Assembly (NCBI GenBank): GCA_951406725.2
Contig: OX597817.1
Location: 2,418,001-2,482,000 of the forward strand
Direction: 5' to 3'
Source: Octopus vulgaris
Lineage: Eukaryota
DNA length: 64,000 nt
The number at the start of each line of letters is the position of its first letter. Within the stretch, counting starts at the first letter, position 1. This document shows positions 50,936 to 64,000 of this stretch, piece by piece. Both the position numbers and the translations under genes were made by a program. A model generated the notes under the pieces. That model had not been told where the DNA came from, did no database searches, and saw only the letters and a list, made by a program, of their open reading frames with translations.

Positions 50936-52602
50936 TTTCTTTATTATAGGCATAAAGCCTTAATATAGAAGGGACACCACAAGGACAGACAACACAAAAC
51001 GTGAGGTACATACAAACATATAACGAATGAATTGTGAATTATGAAAATAATGATAGTGAAATGGCTTTCCATTTTACTGGTTTTAAAATCAGTAATCATT
51101 TCGAGTTTGTATCGTGTTTACAACATAAAATCCATTAACTCCTCGAATTCTATCACTGATGGTAATTCGTCATATCTAAATCGTAATGCTGTATTCTCTA
51201 TCCTGTCTCCGAATATTTCTCTCAATCTTCCTGCTTTCTCATCTTCCAGCAACACTGCTTTCACATTTCGGTTCCCCTCCTTGTCGGCCATCTTAATCCT
51301 TATCACGCCTTTTCATCTTGGAAATTCTCTTCTCTATTTCCACGCTCTTTCCGTTCTGCACCGTCACTCCTTCGTACTTCCATTTCGGTGGCTTTCTCCG
51401 TTGTATCACTTCACTCTCTGGCGGCCATGTTGCTACTGTTTCCATCTCTATTTGTTCCTCCTTCTCACTTCCTAGTCTCTTCTTCTGTCTTTCCTCCTCC
51501 TTGATTGTTGAAGGTATCTGGTCTTTCCGTTCGTTCTCCCGTTGATTCCTCATTTTTTTCTTTTTTCTTTTTATTTTCCTCCGCATTTCTTTTCTTTTTA
51601 GGTGGAGATTCGATGTTTTCTTTCTCTTCCTTTCTACCACTGTAAACTCCTGTTCTTCCTCCACCGTTACAATCTTTTGTTCCCAACTCTCTTTCTCTGC
51701 CTCCACCTGTTCGCGTTTCTGGGGACACTTGGCTTTCATGTGACCCCTTACTCCACATGCAAAACATATTGGGGGTCTACCTTCCACAATAATTCTCAGT
51801 CTGGTTTCGTCTGGTAAAATGAGCTCTTCAACATTCTTGTCTCCATAGAGGTCTGGTAGGCTGATATGGACCATTACCTCTAGCCCATATCCCCGATAGT
51901 TCATCTCCGCAGTTTTCGACATTTTCAGGGCTTCCGTGTCCCCTTCTGAATCGTAGAAGATGGCTTCCACAAGCCGTGCCTCGTCAATTTTGGGGTGGGG
52001 GTGCATTCTCCCTGTCCTTACTCTGGTCACACGTTTGCCACAGTAAGTGGCAGTTCCCACTCCGTTGATTTCAAGTCTACTGTGGAGTATTTCTTTGCTT
52101 CATTCTCATTTACTAAGCGCACCTTCACCGTGCCGAACTTTCATCCTCTGGTGTAGAATGTGGTTAACTCCTTTATCTCTTTCAAACATTCCTCGACCGC
52201 TTTTTCGGCTGCTATCTCCACCTTCTTTGTTACTATATTCAACGTTCTATATGTGATGGTTTTTCTTTCTCTATTCTCAGTCACTTCTTTCGGGGGTGTC
52301 AGCCTTAAACAGCCTCCCTCCTTCTTCAATAAGGTGTTAAACTTCTTGAAGTCCCTGTCCTTGACTTCCAATTCTCGAATTTGCAGTAGCTCAGCTGACA
52401 GGCTTTTGCCCGTCTCTGCCTGTTTGTACCTGTGTATTCATAATCACGTTGTTCACCGTGTCACCTATAAATGGGGAAGACAAATAAAATTTTCAACAAA
52501 TTCAAATAATCACAAATTCAAACAATCACAATATTCAATAATTCAGTAATCGAGTAATAAAACAATAACTCACATGTGAGCGAAATTAAGCACAACAACC
52601 AA
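50936..52602 (-). mobile_element. ORF1-only non-LTR-like element (L1/Tx1-type ORF1 with CCHC knuckle) inserted in the Gypsy
   Basis: Frameshifted ORF 52441 to 51118 including VEGRPPICFACGVRGHMKAKCP and EFTVVERKRKK; AATAAA at the 3' end; candidate TSD acatt(t)tcgta at 50925 and 52610. Confidence 0.7.
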
Positions 52603-52609
52603 GTGGGGC

Positions 52610-53450
52610 GACATTTTCGTAGAAAATCTTTTAAAGCCAAAGATTTTGTATTAAAATATTTGACAAACCTATTTGGCACAGACTGGATAGAACTATTTAA
52701 TTGTGAGATCTCCCTATAAATATTTATTTGTAATAATGTAAACGGTTCTTACCTCAGTTCAACTAAGGCGTCGGAGGATTTAAAAAAGAAATTAAAAAAT
52801 ATTTTTCTTGGTGTTTTTTTTGATGTTTTTCAAGTGATGTTTCCCTGATGTTTTTCAAGTGAAGGAAAACGCTGTACCAGTATTTAAACCGAAGCGAGCT
52901 GCACTTTTCGTAGCGCTGAATCAAGTGAACGCGGAACTGGATAGACTTGAAAAGCTTGGGGGTTATAGAAAAAATTGATTATTCGGAAAGGGCATCACGA
53001 AATGTTTATGTAAAGAGAAAATAATAATAAAATACGAGTATGCATTGATTTTTCAACAGGCTTGAACGAATGTTTGAAGACATACAGTTACCCATTACCA
53101 AGTCCGGAAGAAAGTTTTGCGAAACTCAATGGAGGAAAATCTTTTTGAAAGTTGGTCTCACCGAAGGCGTATTTACAGTTACAAGTCGAGGACGAATGTT
53201 CGAAATTATGAACAATAAACATTCCTAAAGGTTTGTAGAAATTGAATCGATTTCATTTTGGAATAAAGGTGGCACCTAGTATTTTCCAGCAGTTGATAGA
53301 CACTATGCTTGCGGATAGGGATTTCGCTATAGCTTATATGGATGACATACTCATAAAAAGCGAGTCTCGAGGCCAGTATGAGGAACATGTTAAAAATGTC
53401 TTTGAAGGAGTATAGATTTAAACTTAGTGAGGAAAAATGCGGATTTTTCG
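52610..53450 (+). mobile_element. Gypsy pol RT remnant (continuation)
   Basis: PVFKPKR...VNAELDRLEKLG; IRVCIDFSTGLNECL..YPLP; AYLQLQV; FGIKVAPSIFQQLIDTML....AYMDDILI. Confidence 0.85.
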
Positions 53451-53562
53451 AGCCAAGGGTCGTTCTTTATGTTATTTGTCCTGTTTTCCATTTGTTTGCA
53501 TACCGAACTCATTTGTTTTCGTATTTCATATTGTTTAATGTTGGTCCTGTACCCATATATGC

Positions 53563-53614
<52 letters not shown>

Positions 53615-53639
53615 TATATTATTTATATTATTATTTGAT

Positions 53640-54279
53640 TGAACACAACGCATCCATTTCCAAGTAAGTTTACCTTAATCTTTTTGACGCGACTCTACTC
53701 TATACTGCTTCTCCCCTATCGTTTTCTTTCTCATCCTTTCTCTAATTCACTTCACCGTTTTCTATGTGTCTCTCCCCCTCTTTCTCCTTTTCTCTCTCTC
53801 GTTGCTCACATGTGACCATCGTCCATCATTCTTTTCCTCACCAGATCATCTCTCTCTTCTTTCAGGGCTGCCCTAAGGACTGGAGTATCCTATATCTCTC
53901 TCTTCTATCTTTTCTCTTGTCAAAGAAAATATATCTCTAGCGTTCGCTATTTTACCCTCGTTTTGGTCTAACGACCCTCCATGTTTGGTTTAGTTCGATT
54001 TCCACGTATGTCCCCACTGTCCTGTTTTTGTTCCAAACTTTGACCTTCCATAAATCCCAAATTTTATTTTGGTACTTATGAGCCCAACTGTCTTCGAAGA
54101 CTCATATTGTCGTTCAGTGCTCGAAATGAGGAGTAGATAGGGAGCCGACAACTGATGAAGGATCGATCATTGTGTTACTTGTCTTCTTTTCCATTTGTTT
54201 CTCTCGTTGTTTGCGCATTGGACGCATTTATTTTCGTATTTCATGTTGTTTACCGTTGGTGACGTCCTGTACCCATATA

Positions 54280-54282
<3 letters not shown>
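53640..54282 (+). repeat. unclassified interspersed repeat (longer copy of the 18.1 kb family)
   Basis: Homology to 18105-18410; TA-flanked. Confidence 0.7.
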
Positions 54283-54360
<78 letters not shown>

Positions 54361-54375
54361 GTATGTATACATGTA

Positions 54376-54597
54376 CGGGGTGGTGGTGCTGAAAACTTCC
54401 TGGTTTTAAGGATATCGCGAAAGGCCTGGTTCGAAGTCCAAACTTTTGAGTTCTTTTACAGGGCTTAGAAAAACTGAGGGACCGCTGCAATAAGTTTATG
54501 AATCTAGAAGCGGAATACGTTGAATAAAATCATAATTAACTGATCTACCTGCATTTTCTTTTACCTAAAGCCAGCAAATTTTCAGTACCGCATCTTA
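54376..54597 (+). mobile_element. mariner-derived MITE (copy 2)
   Basis: ggtgctgaaaacttcctgg...aaagccagcaaattttcagtacc; homologous to 29216-29415. Confidence 0.75.
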
Positions 54598-54905
54598 TGT
54601 ATGTATAACCTGCATAGTAGATATACAAACAGGGTTAATTTAGCTATTTCTCCGTAGAATAATATATACAAATAAAAACAAAAACGAACAGCTTTAATCG
54701 ATTTTCTAACCTTATTGGGTTCCCATCAGAGGCATCTGCATGATTTCCACCGACCACAGAAACAAGCAGCCAATCTGTTTATATATTCAACAATGCCAGT
54801 AGCTACAGAAAACTGGAGCTACTAATTTGCATGCCGTAAACGCGAACACTTCATTTGATATAAGGGGTCAGTCAATGGGAATCTCAGTCCAACAATATCA
54901 AGGTG

Positions 54906-54969
<64 letters not shown>

Positions 54970-56194
54970 ATATATATAACCTATGTAGTAGATATATGAA
55001 ATATGATTCATAATGGGAAATGAGCCAAGATATCTAGAAAGAGAAGAAAATGAGTTAGCATATTATCAGGCTGAAAATTGAAACAAAGATAGATGTATTA
55101 GGTCAAAAACGAATAGTTAGTTGTCAATGAACTACACATGAGAAATGCATTCCTAATGAAAGAAAAAAAAAACAGACTAGAAAAAACTGCAGAAATGTGA
55201 AACTAAACAAGAGCAATACAAAAATACGTGCAATTAAAACAAATACAGCAACGAAAGAAACAGAGACGATTGTAAATTTTTTCAGGTGATGTTATTTATG
55301 ATGCTATAAAAAGAAGGACAAGAGTTGAAAGAAATGATAAAGGAAAAGAAAAAGGAACCGATACCTAATTAACAACATGTGTTTAGTTGCAGGCTAAGTG
55401 TAAATAGATGTCATAATTATATATATTTCTTTTTTCACCCTTATTCATTTTCCTTCGCTTTCATAGCAGTGAAACCCAAAACATGGGTTTCGCTTCTGTT
55501 TCTTTGTATGCTGTACTTAATTTCATTGCACACATTCGCTATTGTTGATGTTTCCACGCTTTACCACCGCATCTGTTGCATGACTGACATATTATTTCCT
55601 TGTTTCTATCTTCCTTGCTTCTCAATCTTAACTGTTATATTTTTCATCTGTGCGACTTTTATTTGTATATGTATGTTTATCCCATTTTTGGTTGTCCAAC
55701 TTTCTTTCTTTCGTTTTCCCCTTTTTTCTTTTGGTCTTCCTTTCTTATCTTGTAACTGTCTTTACTTAATGCTAGTTTTTCTTCCCGTTTGTCCCTCTTC
55801 TTTTTCCCTCTCTATTCCTTTTGTCTCTCTTTGATCTTTATTTTGCCCTTGTTACTCTTTTCCTTTTTCACTTTCTCTCCCTTTTTTCCCCGCTTTTTCT
55901 CTCGTTTATTCGTCCCTGTTAATCTTTTCCCATCAACTGTTTTCTTTCTACTTTCCTCTCAAAATACATATAAAATTCTTGCTACCCAGCGCAAGATATT
56001 AATTCACTGTAGCATAATGCAATAAAGTGCTCCCTGATGATCCGCTGTGTTTAAATATCCAATTACTCTAGGAAATCCAATGCTTATTTCAAAAAACCTT
56101 CATGCAGTAACAAATATTAGTAATATATATTGTGTTTATTGTAATTCTTTTGAATGTATATGTGCATTAATGTATATACATATACATGTCTGTC

Positions 56195-56254
<60 letters not shown>

Positions 56255-56499
56255 GAGCGATCGATCTATCTCTATATATATGTATGTATGTATGTATGTG
56301 TGTGTGTACATATAGATAGTTAGATACATACATGCATACATATATATATAATATGTATACATAGGCATACGTACTCATATATAAACTCCAGCTAAAATTA
56401 TTTACAAGTTGCGATGGGTAAATTGTTGTCATAGTATATTTTAATTTCGCACATGCGCATAGTTTGTTTTTGAATTTGTCGATTACACAGTATAGTAAA

Positions 56500-57277
56500 G
56501 GCAGATGGGCAACTTTTGTGAGAAAAACAGCACCATGACGCAATCTTCTCTGCCAGACATTTGGAAACGACATGCGATACTACTTGGCATTCGCGCCGGA
56601 AGCTCCAATACGAACATTTCAGAGTGTGTGGGTGTCAATCAGAGGATAGTGCAATCTGAGGGCATGTACCTAGAGTGATAAAAATCAAACATCCAGTCAG
56701 CATCATGGTGTTTCGAGTGATCAGTAGTGATGGCGACGTTATGACTCCATTCATCTTCCCACACGGCCTCAGAATCAACACGGAAACCTATATCAAGTGC
56801 CTGGAGGAGATAGTGCTGCCTTGGATCAAGAGGGTGACTGCTGGAAGAACCTATATCTAGCATCAGGACTCTACACAAGCAGGAGAGCCCAGTCATGGCT
56901 GTCAGACAATTTCTGCCATCACATCATCCATAACGTCTGGCCATCAAACTCTCCATATTTCAATCGTTCTGAATATATTATGTGGAGCGCAGTGGAGCGA
57001 GAGGCCAACAAAACTCTTTGTAACACCAAAGGAGTACTGAAAACATGAATTATGGCAGCATTCACCAAATTCAACAAGGAGGCCGTCCAGAAGAGTTGCA
57101 GGAGAATCCGAAGTCGCCATTGGTTGAAACCAATGGCGATTTTATTGCATAAATCTATTTTTTTTAGTATTTCAAGATAATTTTATGAAATTTTGGTAAA
57201 TATATCTGTTAAAATGAGATCTCAATGTTATTATCATTTTTGCGTAATTTACACGACAATCTATTCACCGCATCCTG
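56500..57277 (+). mobile_element. Tc1/mariner (maT/DD37D-like) internally deleted remnant
   Basis: KHPVSIMVFRVISSDGDVMTPFIFPHGLRINTETYIKCLEEIVLPWI; HQDS; WPSNSPYFNRSEYIMWSAVERE; right end tattcaccgcatcctg|ta. Confidence 0.8.
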
Positions 57278-58144
57278 TATATACATATGTGTGAGTTTCG
57301 GTGAGTGTGTATTTGTGTGTGCGCGTTTGGTTGTGTATGTATGCATGTGTACATGTATGAAAATAGGTTTGTATATATATACAGGCATACATATTGTATA
57401 TACTACACATTATATATATTGTATATATTCATATAGATGTGCGTGTAACTTCAAGAGTATACATAGGGAGAAATGAAGAGACAGAAAGACTAAGAAAGGA
57501 TTCAATCATAAAGAAGGGGAGAGAAGAGACAGTGAATGAGCTGAAACAAAGACATTTGTTTGCATATGCATGAGGTGACAACTTTCATTGTTCTGACGCT
57601 CCAAATTCATTTGCACCCGATCGAAAATATGCAAAAAATCTAAGAGCAAACTTAGAATGTAAAAACTCTTGACACTTGAAAGCATATTCTATTGCTCTGG
57701 AAAGAATTAAATCTGAATATATGAAAAGATATATTATAGTAAAGTTAGTACATTTGTGTGCGTGTACGGGTGTGTGTTTGCGTCTGTATGTGTGCTCGTC
57801 TGCATGTCTGTATGTATGTATGTATGTATATGTATGTATGTATGTATGAATGTATGTATGTATGCATGCATGTATGTATGGGTGTATATATATATATGGA
57901 TGGATGGATGAATATATAGATTTCTGTCGGCTTCAATTAGAGCACAAGAATAAAAAGATGGCGCCTTTCTGTATTCTTCGTTATCCCTGACTTCGTTTAC
58001 ACACACACACACACGAATATACATGTATATATATGTACACACATACACACACTACACAAGTATATTTTTCTGAAATATACAAGCAAGCATATAGGCAACA
58101 TGTATGCATGTATGTATGTATATATATATGTATGTATGTATATA

Positions 58145-58229
<85 letters not shown>

Positions 58230-61200
58230 ATGTATATAAATACATGAATACATGTTGCGTACATGCTTGTGCATGTATAGTTCCCTGCATGTATATGCAT
58301 ATGCAAACGTATGCTTATGCAGTGCTGTGTATGCAGTATGCTTCAATCAAAATATGACATGGAAAGATTGTTGGTAAGTAAAACATATACGGTTTATATA
58401 TGATTATTATAACAGAGAACTGATGGGAGATAAGCAAAATAACGAACAGTAATAGAAATAGAAGCAATTTAGGAAAGATTTTCCAAGTGATTTACCAAAT
58501 GCAAAATAAAATACAAAATGGAAGATAAACAAATCATCGCAAACAGTTAAGCGCTAGGAAAGGCTTAATAAAGTGTAGAAGAAAAATTTTAAATATACAA
58601 CGTATGAAAGCGAATCAAAATTCATATTTCACGCATGCGCAAATATAAGATATGCGCACTGATACAATGTGGCATAAAGAAGTTCATGCAGTTCTTACGC
58701 ATACAGAAGCCCACTAAATAGATATGCATGCACACTGAATGTTTTCGTATGTATGTATATTTCTTCGTTTAATTTATGAGCATTCTTTCTAGAATAAGGC
58801 ATGTTTGCATATGTATATATATATATGCGTATGTCTACGTACGTGAATGTGTGTGTATGTGTGCGCGCATGTGTGTGTGTGCGCGCATGTGTGTGTGTGT
58901 GTGCGTATGCGCGCATGTGTGTGTGTGTGTGCGTATGCGCGCGCGGATGTTTGTACATATTTATTTGAATGTATGTGTATATATATATATATATATAGGC
59001 AAATGCCTTCCAGATTTAATTCGGTGCATATCCTGATTGACTTTTATACACACACACACACACACACAATCACATAAACACACACACATACACATAAACA
59101 CACACACACACACACACACATACACATAAACACACACACACACACGCACACACTCTTTCTCCCATAAAGAGTGAGGGATAAATACATAATCTCATGCATG
59201 CACAGCCTCATATATAAATTCATGTATATCACCAACCAGCCAGCCAGTCAGTTGGCCATCTATTCACATGTACGTAGATACATACATAGATAACTTTAGC
59301 CAAAATGTCTCATTTATAATTCGGTGCACTGTATGATAAATTGAATATTTAAGTCAAGCCATTTTGCCAAGATTCGTCTATTAAGATATGTTTTGTTTTA
59401 TACTGAGAATTCAGTGAAGCATATTTTTCTTGTATTAGGTATCTAATCCATCCATACTCTCTTTTTACATTTTATATCTGACATTTAATTGAGAAAAAAT
59501 TATGGCTACCATTTTTCATCTTTCGTTCCTTAAATTCAATTGTTTTTTTCAGATACCTCATTTTTGCTAGTTTAATTGGTTTACTGAACTAATATTACAC
59601 GAAAATTACTGAAATATTTTAAACCTTATTGCATGCATTTCAATACAATAGATAGGTATTTCTGCTAAAATAGGCTTCAAACGTTTTAATTACTGCTTCA
59701 CTGCATTTTAGTGGCATATTACCTTCAGCTTGAACATTTCTTCTTACAGTAATAGCTGAGAGAAGAAATCTGACACCTTAACACCTTGTGCTGTTGAGGT
59801 TACAGAATCAATGAATCAGACTTCAGAAAACAGCGAGTTTGTATATTTCCCTAAATTATCATGGGCCGTGGCTTGTTTATTGTATTGAGCACTGCTAGTA
59901 CATCAAACAATCACTTGTGACGGAGATGGACGACGATGAGCTATTCGTAGAGTTAACATCACCTACCCTGATAGTGACAGCTTTCTTTTGGATTGCACTG
60001 AATTAGTTGAGCATTCTATTTAATTCCAGGAGAGACAGGCGTACTTCGTAAAGCTTCAAATTTTTAATTTGTGGGCGGTGTCGTTTCCTTCTGTATCCAG
60101 CTTCCCGGGAATTCTTTTTACCCATTCAAGCCTATGTGCAACCCTGTTCCATAGAGTTAATATATATTTTACTTATGCCAACTGGCTGTTTACGGTTACA
60201 TCTTCACATTGTCAAATCTTAGTATCAAGTGATTTAAATGAAGTCCTCACTTGTAACCTTGGACTTAGTAAGATTCTTGATCAGATTTTGTCAAAAATGA
60301 AGCCTGTAGTGGTTTAGCTCTAGTTACTTTGATTTTACGTTTCTAATGGATTAGATCGATTATTAAACGATTCTGTCCATGCCCACCTCGTAGGTTTCAG
60401 CTACAAACATTGAGAACTAAAACTACAGCATTTCAGGAACGGTTGGTCTGTAGAAATGTATATGGCTGTTGTTCCCTGTCCCATAATACAATATCAGTTC
60501 AATTGTGTTTAGGCCTGGCTGTTGACTTTATTGAAGTGCTCTGCCAGTACATTATTTCTGGTGAGCCTTTTGTGGTCATTAATACCTTTGTCACAAAAGG
60601 AGTTTGCCTGCAGCTGCGTGTAAATGATACAATAACGCCTCACGAGCATTTGACAGTAACTGCTATTTCACCGTACATGTAAGTTTACGGCTGGTCATGA
60701 ATAAATTAGAAAGCTGCGACAAGTCAACACAAGGGAAATAAGGAATCTGTAGCATTCACAAATAGTTGATTTACAAACGCTCTGTACTTAAGCTTGCTAA
60801 GATAGGAGAAAGTGTACACATCGGGTTAATATCGGTCAACTATAACGATATACCAATGTTGACTAGGAAACGTGAAAACGACTATTATAACGGCAAGTGG
60901 GTGGGTGAAGCTGAACTGCGAGTTGCGCACACCAAAGCAAGAGGTGAAACGTGGGAAAATAAATCGGGTTGGCCTCTACGCAAATAAGCTTGGCAAGAGT
61001 GTTGACATTCCGCTTGTTCGTCTTCGACACACTGCAAGATTGGCGCTAAAATCTTTCCTATTTATAAAGCTTGTACAAGGACATTACAGAAGGGTCTAGA
61101 AATATTTATCACGTGACGTCTGGCTGCTTACTGGTCCATAATTCAGCCCCTCATATGAACAAGATGTTGTTATGCTGTGATTTTGACTTCATCCCCTGAC

Positions 61201-62604
61201 AATACAGTTTCGAGGCTTCTTACACTTTCGTTCATAAGTATAACATTGAAAGTAGCATTAACTACGAAGTGGCGTTTCATGTGAAGGCAGTACCTTGTGA
61301 ACATAGGCTGGTGATGTGGATATTTTCGACACTAGTAGTTCAAAATTAACATTTTCTATCGCAAGTGGAAGTTTAGAAGAATTCTTACTTCTCTTGTTGA
61401 TCAGATATTTCGCCGTACTCTCTTTTACCAGATGTAGTATTCTAGCTGAGATGTAATGTGTCTATCACGTTTTCAAGAGAGTCTTGTATTTTGTGTTAAC
61501 AATTTTGTATGTATGTTTGCATGCATGTATGAGTGAAGAAATATGTATATATAAAGAAAGACTAAGAAACGAAGTTCCATCGCTAAAATTTAGATAAGTG
61601 GACATAGTTATATACTAAGTTTTATTAAAATTTTATATGAGTCCAGCGTGCATGACAACTGGTCTCTTGGCGGCAAACTCCAACTTTTGTTGATTAAAAT
61701 CTTCAACATTTATTATTATAATGAAGTGTGCCAATGACAGTGGGTACAAATGTGAATCAATTATTTTGGAAGATAAGTTGTAGGTTTTGGCGCAGTTGTT
61801 TACAAATTCTCGTTTTCTCATTCACTACGAAGAAAATATTAACATCCACTAGAAACTACTCTTTGTAATATTGCGTCATTTCTGTTTTCTGTTCCAAAAC
61901 AACTGTCGGTCGTTGTGATTATATTGCTAAAGACTACGATGAGACATTTGGATAAAATAAACTATTTTGTACTGAACACCATAAATTTATTCTATATATG
62001 CCGTACAGCAGCCCTTCCTATATAAAAATAAATTGTTGCAGACAGAAGGTTATACCCAACTTTTATTGCTATAAAATAAAAGCTCCGGCTGCCGTTTGTA
62101 TAAAGTATTTTATAAAATTTATTGATCATTTTATTTTTTATCATATCATCTCTAGATAGATTTAATCTTTTCTCTAGGCATCTGTAGTTAACATTTGTGA
62201 AAATATGAGGACTGAGACATCATTAGAATAAAAAGTTGTGAACTGGGTAGTGTTTTTCCTCGTTCAACTATCAATTGTCAACACTTCTTACATCCGTATA
62301 TCAGCAGAAGATGCTATTAATTCCAGCTGTTCCACGGTAGTGTAAATATGTCGGTATAGATCTTAGGCAGTCAAAAGAGAAATGATGGGTTGCATTTGTG
62401 TATTACGATGTAAATTCTAAACTAAGCGAAGGAAATCTTAAAGAGAGATGAGAGTCGATTTAGTACCAAAATAAACAGCAATTCAGACAAACTGTCTCCT
62501 TTGTACATTGTTCAAAAACATTTGTTGCGTCTCAGACATCCATTGTTCTTTCAGTTACCATCATTACAATGGTTAACTAAATCTTTGTAAGATTTTCATT
62601 TCAG

Positions 62605-62721
62605 TAACTAAAGTAGCAGGCACAATTGCCAGAGGCTGTAGTTCCAGGAAAGAAGAACACAAAATAGTCAACCTGCTACCTGTAATCAAACCGTATTGTC
62701 AAAGGTCTGTCAAAGGATTCG
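62605..62721 (+). CDS. candidate internal exon (117 nt, phase 1-1) of a Cys-containing protein
   Basis: Acceptor ttttcatttcag, donor G|gtaggt; open frame TKVAGTIARGCSSRKEEHKIVNLLPVIKPYCQRSVKGF in non-repetitive DNA. Confidence 0.45.
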
Positions 62722-63048
62722 GTAGGTATTTTTATGAATTTATATAATATACATATGTATAATTCTCGGGGAAGCATAAAGTTTATAAAATGGTTAGAGA
62801 AATTCAAAAGTATATTTTGGTACAACACTAGAACGAATGTCATGTTTACAAAAAATGTGAGTTCGATTCACACGAGCAGCCATCGACTTTTTCTGTCCAA
62901 AGGGTTTTTAATGCAATATTTGCACGCCTGTATTTATAGCTTTATCTGCTTCGAATTTCACCGTTCCAAAAAAAGAAATATTTCCTTTTCTCTCTTTTCT
63001 CTCGAAGATTATAAATTCCTATGACATCACAATATACTGTGCTACACA

Positions 63049-63095
<47 letters not shown>

Positions 63096-63108
63096 ACACA
63101 CACACACG

Positions 63109-63156
<48 letters not shown>

Positions 63157-63159
<3 letters not shown>

Positions 63160-63382
63160 GTAAAGACACCCTTCGGTCAGCAATGACCATGAGATTCCAC
63201 CTGTAAAGTTCCATTAGGTTACAAGTCTGAGAAAGGTCGTTTATAGAAGACCAGCAGTAGCCCATGCATTCTAGTCTCCTCACTCCGTAGTTATCCAGGG
63301 AATGGCAAAGGCCGATAAAGTTTGGCACCAGTCACGTTGCAACTCATTTCTACAGATGAGTGAACTAAAGTGTCTTTCTCAA
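63157..63382 (-). mobile_element. SINE/LINE-tail-like repeat fragment
   Basis: gggaatggcaaaggccgata..tttggcaccagt..gttgca resembles 31001-31046; lies between microsatellites. Confidence 0.4.
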
Positions 63383-63383
63383 G

Positions 63384-63474
<91 letters not shown>

Positions 63475-64000
63475 CGGTGTAAGCACATAAATATGAAACA
63501 AGGTGGAAAAGAGTACGCAATCATGCTCGCATGCAAAAGTCACTTGGAGTATACATATAGAAGTTATAACAGACAAATTAACTTCTTATCTAGTTTGTCG
63601 GCTATAAATTATATATGTATACACCCAGTGATTTTTGCATGCGAGCATAGTTGCGTACATATGTATACATGTTTATATGTATATTTGTGTGTATATTTAC
63701 GTCTTACATATATATGTCTCTATATGTATGTAGTCTGTGTACATCCATGTGTGTATTTAGATGTATATATATATATTGATGGTTTAGTATGCGTATATAC
63801 TGTTGTAAGGTAGCGTGAAAATTTTAATTTTAATTTTTAATGCAGTAATTGAATTATATTTCGTATATAATTATTTACAATATGTATTTTGAACCCGCTC
63901 TTCGATTTAAGGTTTTCCTCGATTTTTATAATAGGATGAATTTATATTGAATTCATTTATTTTGTTTATTTTGTCCATTGCATGCTTAAGACCGTTAATT

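Noticed and set aside
56034-56080. CTGATGA...GAAA
   Set aside because: No stem I or stem III pairing
59550-60700. Possible hAT (ZNF862-like) transposase remnant on the minus strand (LWNRVAHRLEW)
   Set aside because: Only one short motif is recognisable; too decayed to call

Overview
AT-rich eukaryotic (metazoan) non-coding DNA, densely filled with (TA)n, (CA)n, (TATG)n and (AAT)n microsatellites and decayed transposable elements. The SINE families and repeat landscape suggest an octopus/coleoid cephalopod genome; this is an inference. There is no intact host gene, and nearly all ORFs in the track are microsatellite read-throughs or TE remnants. Recognisable elements: two tRNA-derived SINE families (many copies), a Penelope-like GIY-YIG 3' fragment, a complete-ended but dead piggyBac (TTAA-flanked), mariner and maT remnants plus MITEs, non-autonomous Helitrons, R4/Dong-type LINE fragments in TAA arrays, RTE, CR1 and Jockey/L2-like LINE 3' ends, and a Gypsy remnant interrupted by an ORF1-only retroelement. 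The most striking unexplained structure is a set of about a dozen type I hammerhead-ribozyme motifs from several unrelated sequence families. Almost all lie in short non-coding cassettes bounded by (TA)n, and many of these cassettes are built from mixed inverted and direct repeats (Penelope pseudo-LTR/retrozyme-like). One cassette has tandem hammerheads 503 bp apart. One, possibly two, candidate Cys-containing host exons lie on the + strand.
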